Notes under the pieces: model-generated
Database searches by the model: none
What the model was told of the DNA's origin: nothing
Seen by the model: only the letters and a program-made list of their open reading frames with translations
Made by a program: the position numbers and the translations under genes
Shown here: in pieces, positions 1 to 11,247 of the stretch
How the letters are laid out: each line of letters opens with the position of its first letter
Position numbering within the stretch: the first letter of the stretch is position 1
From: Octopus sinensis
Taxonomy: Eukaryota
Direction of reading: 5' to 3'
NCBI RefSeq assembly: GCF_006345805.1
Contig: NC_043001.1
Coordinates: 21,142,001-21,206,000, forward strand
DNA length: 64,000 nt

Positions 1-722
1 CAATAAAAAGAATGTAATTATCAAGGAAGACCATGCAGTTTAATAGTTCTTTCATAAAATACAGTTATTTACATCATCACCATTTAACGTCCGCTTTCCA
101 TGCTAGCATGGGTTGGACGATTTTGACTGAGGACTGGCGACCCAGATGGCCGCACCAGGCTCCAATCTTGATTTGGCAGAGTTTCTACAGCTGGATGCCC
201 TTCCTAACGCCAACCACTCCGAGAGTGTAGTGGGTGCTTCTTACGTGCGGGCCAGTCAGGCGGTACTGGCAATGACCTCGCTCGAATCCTTTTACACATG
301 CCCCCAGCACAGGTGCCGGTAAGGTGACTTTGGTAACGATCACGCGTGAATGGTGCCCTTTTACGTGCCAGTAAGGCGATGCTGGTAACGATCACACTCG
401 AATGGTGCCCTTTAAGTGCCACTGGCACAGAAGCCAGTTAGCCGCTCTGTCAATGATCACGCTCATATGGTGCTCTTTGCACCCTGCTAGCACAGACGCC
501 AGTCATCGAATTTGATTGATTTGATTCCACTTGCATGAAAAGATATTTTCATTGCAAGTTTATACTGACTCTTGTTTGGCAATATTTTAGCAGTAACCTA
601 TGAAATGTAAAATAATTTTTCAAAAATCAAGTAAAATTATGATTAAAGTGTTGTTGTCACTCATTAAAATGTTGAACTTTATATTTTGAAATTAAACTTA
701 AGAAAATCAATATCTCGCTTAC

Positions 723-3700
723 ATCTTCAATTTTCTTTTTAGGCTTCTTTCTTCTACCTTTGTCTCTGATTATATCTGCAGAGAAAAATGTCTTTTAGCT
801 TTTTTTTTATATGTAAAAAATAGTTTTAATAAATACAAATCAAAAAAATTACACATTTAAAAAAAAATCACAATTTCATAGCAGCTTTAAGTAGAAGATT
901 TAAGCTCCCCCAATGTATAAAATGCAGTCAAAATGCTCCATTTTATAGTTTTCAGCCAGTTGTAATAAGCTCTTTCTCCTGTTAGGCTTAACAACTGAGT
1001 AAAAGAGTGTGGGCAACATGGTGAGTAGCAGGTTGTATGTTGGGTACAAATCTTCCAATCTATCATTAGTCATGTTGCTACAGAGTGCATCAGAGTAAAA
1101 CTTGGTTCCATGCTTTTTGATCTGAAAAACTTTCAAAGTACTGTACTCGTTTTGTATCTACCTTTACAAAAAATACTAAGGAAAGTAAACCAAGGAGTAA
1201 GCTCCTATGTGATCACTCAACCTGTTAGAAATAACAGCTAAGTCTATTTTAAATCAAAAACTGATACACTGGATAATGAAGTTCTACATACCCTCGAAAT
1301 GATGGAATGATCTTGACTGGGATGCCTCTGATCATAGGTGTGCTCAACTAGATTTGATCTGGACTTAAGCAACAGCAGCAGGAGGCGCAATGGCCCAGTG
1401 GTTAGGGAGCGGACTCGCGGTTTAAATTCACAGACTGGGCGTTGTGTGTGTTTATTGAGCAAAAACACCTAAAGCTCCACGAGGCTCCGGCAGGGGGTGG
1501 TGGCGACCCCTGTTGTACTCTTTCGCCCCAACTTTCTCTCACTCTTTCTTGTCCCTGACTTCCTACGCAACCACTGAGCCTGGATGCGCATTCATCCATC
1601 CATCGATGCTCTCAGCGTCGGGGGTTGACCTGCTTTCTCTTCCACGGGTCTTACGAATAGAAAAGGACCACGATTCGGACTTCTCCCACCGCGAGCTCTG
1701 GGACGAAGACTGCTTCAAGCACCACATTAAAGAAATTATGGCTTGAATACCAGTCAAATGATGAAGATTCAACACTGTTAGCAAAGGCCATTGTTTAATA
1801 TCAAGTCCTTATTGACATCATTCCTATTTCTAACTCATGTTTAATACAAAACCCAGAATAAACAGAACTGGTTTTATAAGAACACAGACACCAATGGTAT
1901 TAAGAAGAATCCGCCGAGGTCACCTTTGCCTTTCATCCTTTCGGGGCCGATAAATTAAGTACCAGTTACGCACTGGGGTCGATGTAATCGACTTAATCCG
2001 TGTGTCTGTCCTTGTTTGTCTCCTCTGTGTTTAGCCACTTGTGGGTAGTAAAGAAATAGGTATTAAGAAGAAGAATAGTGGCTGATAAATTGGTTGAAAT
2101 TGCCTCATTACATACTCATGTTACATTGGTGAAAGTTGATTTTCACATTCCCACCACAAAACAAGGACATTGTCAGAGGGACTTGAGAAAAATAATGATC
2201 CTGATCCAATAGATCAGAAATTGGGAATATTCCATTAAGACATGAATTTTCAGATGGAACAATATTAACAGTGTATTTCTTAGTAATATTATATAAGGAG
2301 GACAGCAAAGAGAGTTAATTATTTATTTTCATTTTATATTGTGCATTCATCATCATCATCATCATCATCGTTTAGCGTCCACTTTCCATGCTGGCATGGG
2401 TTGGATGGTGCAACTGGGGTCTGGGAAGCCAGAAGGCTGCACCAGGCCCATTCTGATCTGGCAATGTTTCTACGGCTGGATGTTCCTAACGCCAACCACT
2501 CCATGAGTGTAGTGGGTGCTTTTTACGTGCCAGACGAGGCTGGCAAACGGCCACGATCGGATGGTGCTTTTTACGTGATCCTTATGGGTTACAATCTTCC
2601 AATGGCCAATCACTGGTTTGCTGCAATTCCACTGCCAAAAGTAATGAAGGAGTGTCTGTGCAACTGAGTGGAATAAATACCAGAAAATAATTTTGTTTGA
2701 TGCACCAGTTTACAGACAATTTTTAGTACATGTGTATACCACTTGCTGATATAAATATAAGCAAATTTATTCAATGAGCTTCCACAGTTTTAATCTATCA
2801 AATTTCACTCACACGCTACAGTACAAGACACTTGTGCAAGGTGTCTCACAGTAAGATTGAACCCAGAACCATGAGGTTTTGAAGTCAACTACTTAAATCT
2901 TTCTGCTAAATACACTGCCCTTGTCTTGAAAATAATGAAGAATTTAATATAATAATGTTGATGCCATTTAGTTGGTATTTGGAGCATAAATCAACATGAA
3001 TTTTAACGGAAGATTTTAATTTAGTTAGTTAATTTTTTGGCTCAAAAAGCAAAAAGCAAGGCCATGTAGGGGGACATGGAGTTATGTACAGGGTGGTGTT
3101 CGTGTAAAGAGTTCAAGCCACTTGTGGTCAAGGGAGACTTTGAACCGAGCGGTCGTCGGCATCTTCACCATCTCGTCTGGCAGCTTATTCCAGGGATGCG
3201 CAACCCAGACGGAGAAAGCCCCTCTCCTTCGATTGAGATGAAATCGTCGCAGATAGAGCTTTTCGGAATGACCCCGCAGCCGACGTTCTGGAGCAGGAGT
3301 GAAGAACAGCTCTATCGAGAGGTTACACTTTCCGCTTATGATGTTGTGAGCGAGAATGAGATCACCACGGCGTCTGCGTTTTTCTAGAGAATAAAGGTCG
3401 AGCGTCTTCAGCCTTTCTTCATAAGACAAATTCTTGAGACCAAGAACCATGCGGGTAGCCAGCTTCTGGACTCTTTCGAGATGTTGTATGTCTTTAAGGA
3501 GGTAAGGAGAAGAGGCTTGAATCCTGCACTCCAATATGGGTCTCACCAGCGTGACATAAAGCAGTAGGAGTATGGCTGCTGTGAGCATTCCGAATGACCA
3601 TCGAATCAAGAACAGAACTCTGTGTGCTTCAGGACAAAGGGCAGTCTCAGATTGGTGGGTATTGAGAAGGTTAACCCTTTTGTTACCAACCTGGCTGAAA

Positions 3701-6700
3701 CCGGCTCTGGCTCTATAGTACAAATGTCTTGTTTTCATAAGTTTTAAATTAAAATCTTCCAAACCTAAGAGGCAATTTATGTTCCTAACACTATCTTAAT
3801 TATAACTAAGTTATTTTTCTAAATTCATTATTATATTTTAAATAGTTGAAAGAAACACAGAGCATCTCAACAGGAATATGGCAACAAAAGGGTTAAGCAC
3901 ACAACCAAGTCTCCTAATTCTAGCTTGAATATTAGTCACATGACACAATAATTAAAACAAGAAAATTTTTTAATTTTGAATAAGTCAATACCAGTCATAT
4001 TAGTTTCTTCTTCATCATCAAAACTGTCATCATCGTCTTCGTTCCAATCGTCTGTAATATTTTCTGATTTTTCTTTAGTATTTGTCTAAAAAGAAAACGT
4101 AATGTCAAAATATAAACATTTAATAGTAGACCTTAGAAATTACAGGTGGTGGATATTTTACTCATAAAGTCATTCTTATGAAAATTAAAATATTTCTTCA
4201 ATAGTAATCTCCTCTCTGTCTTTCTTTCATTCCTTTCTTCCTTTATTTTATTTACCTCGTATTTCATTTTCCCTTTTTGTTTTCCTTTTCTGTTTAGTTT
4301 AAACATCCAGCAGTACTTATTATATATTTCTTTACTACCCACAGGGGGCCAAGACAAACGGATCAAGTTGATTACATCGACCCCAGTGCACAACTGGTTC
4401 TTAATTCATCGACCCCAGTGCGCAACTGGTACTTAATTCATCGACCCCAGTGCGCAACTGGTACTTAATTCATCGATCCCAGTGCGCAACTGGTACTTAA
4501 TTCATCGACCCCGAAAGGATGAAAGGCAAAGTCGACCTCGGCAGAATTTGAACTCAGAACGTAACGGCAGACAAAATACGGCTACGCATTTCGCTTGACG
4601 TGCCAACGTTTCTGCCAGCTAGCCGCCTTGGCAGTACCTATTATATCAGCAAGTGTTCCTCGACTGGTAAGGCCAATGCAGTTGGCATTCACCAAAAACT
4701 TTTGTAGTTTGATGTTTTGTGGCGGGAAAAATATGTTTGGGTAAAAGAATTTTTCAAGGTTGCAACTCCAACTAGAAAAATGTATAGTGCAGGGTTTGTA
4801 GGTTTTGACAGAGTAAAGATGATGCAACGGTTGGGATTAAGCCAAGGGGAGGGAGTATGCTGTTGACTATTACAGAAGTTGAAACTATCGTAGTAGCAAC
4901 TGGCACAAAATATAAAGAGATGAAGCAGTAATTGCAGCATGCTGGTGAGGGAATATTTGCCAATCAGATAGATGGACTTTTTGTATTTGGTGGCTGTGTG
5001 GTAAGTAGCTTGCTTACCAACCACATGGTTCAGGGTTCAGTCCCACTGCGCAGCACCTTGGGCAAGTGTCTTCTGCTAGAGCCTCGGGCTGACCAAAGCC
5101 TTGTGAGTGGATTTGGTAGACGGAAACTGAAAGAAGCCCGTCGTATATATGTATATACGTATGTATATGTTTGTCCCCCCACCACATCGCTTGACAACCG
5201 ATGCTGGTGTGTTTATGCCCCCGTAACTTAGCGGTTCGGTAAAAGAGACCAATAGAATAAGTACTAGGCTTACAAAGAATAAGTCCTAGGGTCGATTTGC
5301 TCGACTAAAGGCAGTGCTCCAGCATGACCACAGTCAAATGACTGAAACAAGTAAAAGAGTAAAGAGTACACTGGAAAATAGGATTATGGTTAATTTGATA
5401 GAACGAAGAATTGAGAGACAGAAAAACACTACATTTCAAACATGTCCAACCTAAACTGGAAAATATATGTAAACGTAATGATTGTATAATTGCTTAATAT
5501 CTCAATATGAAAGATATACAAATGAATGTAATTGGTTCTAAATGAAATATAAACATACAGACTGACTAAATTTTTACATATTACTTATTAACTGAATAGT
5601 TGCAAGTTAAACTTTTCAATATATAAAAAAAAAAAATGACCAATTTAGGACAAACAGCAACCTTTTATATGAATCAAGCCATACCAGTTTTAAAGGTAAA
5701 AAAAAAAAATTAAATAACATACCCCTTTCTTTTTTTGCCGACGGATCTGTATGATTTTTTCATCGAGCGATGTGACTTCTAATTTCTTTCGTTTCGCATG
5801 TCGCAAAGCAAAATCCATATCGAATATTGCATCATCTTTAAACTGTAAACAAAATAAAACAGATAAATCATATACACACACACACAAAAAAGGGGGAAAT
5901 TAATATAAGTATTTAAGTTGATAATACAATCAATTAGTACACATAAACAGTATGGTATCATACACCACAAGGCACTTTTATACCCAACACTGATTCCAGA
6001 CTATTCCTTTCCTACATACAAGTACAGTACTTTAGTAATATGGCATTGGTGAATTCTGAGTCCCAACACTAACTCAAACCGCATCTTAACTAAGCTAACC
6101 CTATTGTGAACTAGCCAAAGCACATTGATGACTTGTCTATCAATTTGATGCCTGGAGAATACAAAGGGGAGAATAAACTCATCAGACGGACTAGCTGCTC
6201 AAATTGATAGCTCTATGATGTATGCTTATAAAGACATGACAACTACTCGTGTCAGTGCCATGATTAAATGCTCTGCACACACACTCTGCGCATACACCAA
6301 CTGATATTCGGATGAGCATCAAGCTGTAAAAAACAGGCAAAAATTAAATGTACAAATGAGACATGGTCTTCCAATTTGTTTAGGAGGGAAGCACCTCTGA
6401 ATAAGAAATGACTTGGGCTGTGACAACTCATTCAAACAATACCAGCATGGAAAGCAGATATGAAATAAATGATTTATTCGGCCCACATCCAGTATCTCCT
6501 TTGTCCTGGTAGCAGTTGGTGATGCAACACTAATAATCATTGAGAATACTAGCTGCCTTACATCAACATCATCATTTAACATCTGTTTTCCATGCTGGCA
6601 TGGGTTGGACAGTCTGAAAGGAACTGGCAAGCCGGAAAGCTACCCAGGTTCTAATTTTCTGTTTTGGCATGGTTTCTATGGCTGGATGCCTTTTCTTACA

Positions 6701-6788
6701 TCAACCACTTTATAGAGCGTAGTGGGTGCTTTTCATGTGGCACCGGCACACTACCTGATTGCCTTAGTAAATAGCTTACATTATAAAT

Positions 6789-6828
<40 letters not shown>

Positions 6829-9800
6829 CGTGTGGCTTAGTGGTTAGGGTGTCAGCATCATGATTGTAAGATTGTGGTTTTGGTTCCTGGACCGGGCGAT
6901 GTGTTGTGTTCTTGAGCAAAACACTTCATTTCACATTGCTCCAGTCCACTCAGCTGGCAAAAATGAGTAACGCGGCAATGGACTGGCGTCCCATCCAGCT
7001 GGGGAACACATACGCCATTGAACCCGGAAACTGGGCCCATGAGCCTGGCTAGGCTTTAAAAAGGGCGCATTTATTTATTATAAATATATATATATATATA
7101 TATATATAAAACTTACTTGGAAGAGGATGCGTTGCGTTCAATCATATAATAATATAAATAATATACATATATATATGCATAGGTGGGTACAGGACGTCAT
7201 GAGACGTGTACAACAAAAATGTACAAAGCACGAGTACATGGAACATGAATTATTCTTTCAAACTAAAGACACAAATAGAAAACAAATCAAACAACATAAA
7301 GAACGACCCTTCATCAGTTGTTGGCTGTTTTTCTAATCTCCTATTAGCACTTAACAATATACGCTTTCAATAAAACAATTGCTCACTCATGTACACGTTT
7401 CATGACATCCTGTGCCACCTATGCATATATATATATATATATCTGATGGCTTTAACATTTCTAACTGAATTTATTAAGATTATAAACTTACTGATATGTC
7501 AAACTGGAAGTTGTTGTTAAATTCATTAGTTTTTTTCTTCTTCTTTTTTTCTTTAGAAAGAGGTGTGACTTGCTATATCAATAAAAAGAGGAAACATAAT
7601 TCATAAATAGATTAGAGATATTGTACTTTCGTAGACAGAACAACAGAATTAACAAATCAAAGGAAACAGCAGGATGGAATCAACTCAGTAGACCACAAAA
7701 TACATTGAGTCCTATGAAGAGAAGTACATTGTGATGTTTCAAGTAGAACCGCCTTTCAAGAAAATTACTAAACATCTTTGAAGGAAATTTAATCCTTTAG
7801 CATTGAAACCAGCCAAATCTGGTCCAAATATTGTGTTTTATGTTCAAACTGGCCAGATCCAGCCTATCTCACCTTCCCTACAATGTAATTTTAAAAATAA
7901 ACAATCACATCATTGAGCTAATGCATAATTAATTCAAAATGATGTGAACAAATAAGCATTATTTTTGACAGAGTAATCTGAATGCTAAGGAGTTAAATGA
8001 CCTTTCCTTCAAACTCACCTTTTTTTTAAAGGTGTCAAAGTTCAACAACTTACTCAAAGACATTGAGGTAACTAAGCCTCATCAAGGTTCTTTTTCATCA
8101 TCATCATCATGATTTAACATCCACTTTCCATGCTGGCATGGGTCGATGGTTTGACTGAGGACTGGGCAAGCCTGAAAGCTGCAGTTTAATCTAGCAAGGT
8201 TTCTGCAGCTGGATGCCCTTCCTAACACCAACCACTCTGAGTGTAGTGGGTACCTTTTATGAGCTACTGGCACAGGAACCAGTCAGGAGGGCCTGACATT
8301 GATCACGTTCAGATAGTACTTTCTATGTGTCACTGGCCCAAGGGCCAGTCATGGGGTACTGGCATTGGTCAAGTTTGGATGGTGCTTTTTACGTGCCACC
8401 AGCACAAACATGCCCAAATGATTTAGCATTCTATGTTTACACAAATGCAACTCTATATCTCTCTCTCTTCCTTTCTTTCTTCCATTTGTGCTTGCTCCTC
8501 TCTGACAGGTAACATCGTCTCCTTAGTCCCAGTACAGAAAAATTTAGCTCATAATTTGGGACAATTTACAATTAAAACACATTTTGACTTTCTTTTCTTC
8601 TCTGCAGGAAGACATGTAAATCAACAAAAGTGCATTCTAATACATCAACTGACACTAATTCAAATGTCTATGCTTGCCACGATAGGATGTTTATCTAGCA
8701 ATGTCAATATCAATTGCCTCTTCAAAAGTTGGAGGGGAAATGTCAAGGTTTTGATAGACAAAGGCAGTTCAGAATCCTTTAGCCACTATAGCTAAATGTT
8801 CTTATATATTTCTTTACTACTCACAAGGGGCTAAACACAGAGGGGACAAACAAGGGCAGACAAAGGGATTAAGTCGATTACATTTACCCAGTGCGTAACT
8901 GGTACTTAATTTATTAACCCTGAAAGGATGAAAGGCAAAGTCAACCTCGGCGGAATTTGAACTCAGAACGTAACGGCAGACGAAATACGGCTATGCATTT
9001 CGCCTGGTGTGCTGTTTCTGCCAGCTCACCGCTGTTCTTATAATGCATCCTTGTTCCAAGTGCATGAGTATGGCTACCACTTCCTTGTCTGTTTGTAGCC
9101 TTGGTTACTGCATAGACAACTTCATATTTCTAGTAACTCATGAACAAAAAACGTAAAAATGTTGGTTATAATGAATCTGTGTGAGAAAGATCATTCTTGA
9201 AAGAGATTTTCTTCAATGCTATCAGTATGCCAATATTGAGATTGGCAGAGCTAAGCCAGAAACACCTTGACTGATGCCACCCAATCTCCAACAACACTAT
9301 TTCCATACCTCACAACTGACTGCAAACCTGGAAAAAGATATATATAATATAATGAAATTATTGTATACAGTGCTCAGGTGCACCACAACTTGTCAAAAGT
9401 GCATATAAAGTATATGCAGTAATGTAGAAATGTCTGGGAAGCGAATAGTGTATGAGGATGAGGATGACGTTTGTAAAAGCAGGAAAAGAGGTAGTGGCCA
9501 TGGTGTTGCCTTCAGGTTTAGTTTGATGAGCTTTATCTAGTGGTACCATGGATATTGTAGCTATGAGCCAATTAAATTGAAGAAACCGAACTGAATAATT
9601 AGGAAATACCTTAATTAAGCAAAACTCGTCAACAATAATAAGATAAAGCACAGATAAGCTACATGTAATAGAAAATGATTAATCATCACAATAATTTTAT
9701 AGATTTTCTCCTAATTTCTTGCTGTCACTAAGATTTTAGTCTATCCACGATATACTAACATCATTTACACAAGTTGGTGTTCTTAGTACCTAAAGAACAA

Positions 9801-10233
9801 TCACAAGTTTTTTCATAATGAGAGAGGCAGGTGAACAAATCTTATGGAATTATTAAACAACAACAAAATCGGATAGTTTGTTCCTCGAGAGCGAAAATGT
9901 CTCCCTGACTCTAATTTAACGATGGATCTATATACAAATGAAAATGATTCCATATATCTATTTTCTCTTTCGTCATACATTTTGAAAGCTAACAACATAA
10001 TCCGTTTCGGTGGTTCCAATGTTGCAAAAATTGCGAAACTTGGTCTATAATTTTCGATTAGAGCTTCATTATAATTCACATTACAATACTCTTTTACTGG
10101 ATTCCGCCATCCAGCTGTGGTCATGCTGTAGCACAGCCAATGTTTACATTACATTATGTATTTGACCAAGATGTTACAGATGTTACGATACTATAGACCA
10201 TGCGATATAGAGGAAGCAATTAAGAATAGAAAT

Positions 10234-10293
<60 letters not shown>

Positions 10294-10817
10294 CAAAAAT
10301 TAACTATCTAATACATTATACATATAGAGAATGAGCGAACTTGGTCTATAATTTTCGATTAGAGCTTCATTATAATTCACATTACAATACTCTTTTACTG
10401 AATTCAGCCATCCAGCTGTGGTCATGCCGTAGCACAGCCAATGTTTACATTACATTACGTATTTGACCAAGATGTTACGATACTATAGATCATACGATAT
10501 AGAGGAAGCAACTAAGAATAGAAATACACACATACACATATAGATACACACCAAAAATTAACAATCTAATACATTATATATGAGAGAGGATGTAACTTGT
10601 ATATTTCCATTTCAACTTCCCATCTCGAGACACGTGGGAACGTTTTGGTTGTACAATGGATAAAATGGTATAAAACAGACAAAAGCAAATTAAATCATCG
10701 ATTTAAACTTCTCATACTTACATCTTCATCACTCTCTGATGTATCGTCATTAAATTCGATGACATCATCATCAGTTATTGTTTTTATAAAACCAAGATCA
10801 TCTGGAACACTGACCAT
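723..10817 (-). CDS. DDX27: DEAD-box RNA helicase DDX27/Drs1, N-terminal 148 codons (5 coding exons; gene continues beyond position 1)
   Basis: Exons 10817-10722, 7572-7492, 5842-5723, 4085-3992 and 775-723 all have GT-AG boundaries with matching phases (0,0,0,1,0). Spliced protein: MVSVPDDLGFIKTITDDDVIEF...TNEFNNNFQFD...TSLDEKIIQIRRQKKK...DIIRDKGRRKKPKKKIED. This follows the recalled DDX27 N-terminal pattern (DLGLIGTI..D / DFNPDFVF / TTLDEKIEKVRKK / acidic tract / basic tract). The helicase core is outside the window. Confidence 0.85.
3045..3670 (-). mobile_element. CR1/L2-type LINE, 3' fragment (RT C-terminal region plus tail)
   Basis: Translation LYVTLVRPILE..SPYLLKDIQHLERVQKLATRMV..LSYEERLKTLDLYSLEKRRRRGDLI..LRGH..PWNKLP..FKVSLD is typical of CR1-group ORF2 ends. 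A short hairpin and (CTTTTTG)n tail follow the stop. Confidence 0.9.
3671..3896 (+). mobile_element. piggyBac-type MITE family P1 (about 220 bp); other copies at 22824-23545 (interrupted), 28590-28817 (reverse), 53574-53802 and four copies in 60026-61915
   Basis: TTAA|CCCTTT(C/T)GTTACC...G(G)TAACGAAAGGG|TTAA terminal inverted repeats with TTAA target-site duplications; no ORF. Confidence 0.85.
4375..4512. repeat. 32-bp tandem repeat x4.3 inside a SINE E copy
   Basis: CATCGACCCCAGTGCGCAACTGGTACTTAATT head-to-tail at 4375, 4407, 4439 and 4471, partial at 4503; no spacers. Confidence 0.9.
7789..7996 (+). mobile_element. piggyBac-type MITE family P2; other copies at 20042-20270 (reverse), 23261-23489 and 31043-31550 (interrupted)
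   Basis: TTAA-CCCTTTAGCATTTAAACC...AATGCTAAAGGG-TTAA ends with a shared internal sequence. Confidence 0.75.
10033..10590. repeat. Two-copy tandem duplication (about 300-bp unit) in DDX27 intron 1
   Basis: AACTTGGTCTATAATTTTCGATTAGAGCTTC... starts at 10037 and 10338. The copies differ by scattered substitutions and by the length of a (TA)n/(CA)n tract. Confidence 0.9.
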
Positions 10818-11247
10818 GTTGCTTATTCTCTCCCTGTCACTATGACTATATACATGCAGAGCTACTAATTTATACTCGGAACCGTCTTTTATTCAGACAA
10901 CAAGACAAATATCAACATCTTAATAAAATAATAATTTTTATAAATCATTATGAAGTATTTCTGGCGATTATGTTGTAGTTTAATAATTACTTAGTCGAAT
11001 AAAGTTAAATATAATATTTGTATATTTAAAGAATATAATTATGAACTAATTCTTAATTTCATAAAATGTAAAAACAAATACAATTACTTTTAAAATGTAT
11101 TATTAAAATTAAAAATGTTTTATAAAATTATAGACTTTATTTTTACGGTTTTACGCAAATAAGGTTAAGGGGTTCATTTCACTTTTGGCGGGGAATTCTG
11201 TTCTATTTTCCGAATTGTTCGTCGTGTGTCTCATTGCATCACAAAAC
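10818..11247. promoter_or_regulatory. Bidirectional promoter region between DDX27 and FEN1
   Basis: The divergent ATGs at 10817 and 11248 leave 430 bp. E2F-type TTTGGCGG at 11184-11191, CGGAA near 10877, ATTGCATCA at 11233-11241. TSS positions are unknown. Confidence 0.7.

Noticed and set aside
900-1136. 78-aa ORF in DDX27 intron 4 considered as an exon
   Set aside because: Not DDX27-like and in the wrong phase for the upstream donor; exon 775-723 fits the phase and homology.
4375-4512. CRISPR-like array of 32-bp repeats
   Set aside because: The repeats are head-to-tail without unique spacers and are an internal expansion of a SINE E segment in a eukaryotic intron.
6137-6210. Hairpin (12-bp arms CTATCAATTTGA) containing CTGATGAG on the minus strand: hammerhead ribozyme or C/D snoRNA
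   Set aside because: No GAAA core or stem II for a hammerhead, and no correctly placed D box; more likely a tiny foldback remnant.
9813-10124. 103-aa ORF and the many other 60-150 aa ORFs in the track
   Set aside because: No recognisable domains; most overlap SINEs, microsatellites or antisense strands of TEs and recur as near-identical peptides, as expected for repeat-derived ORFs.
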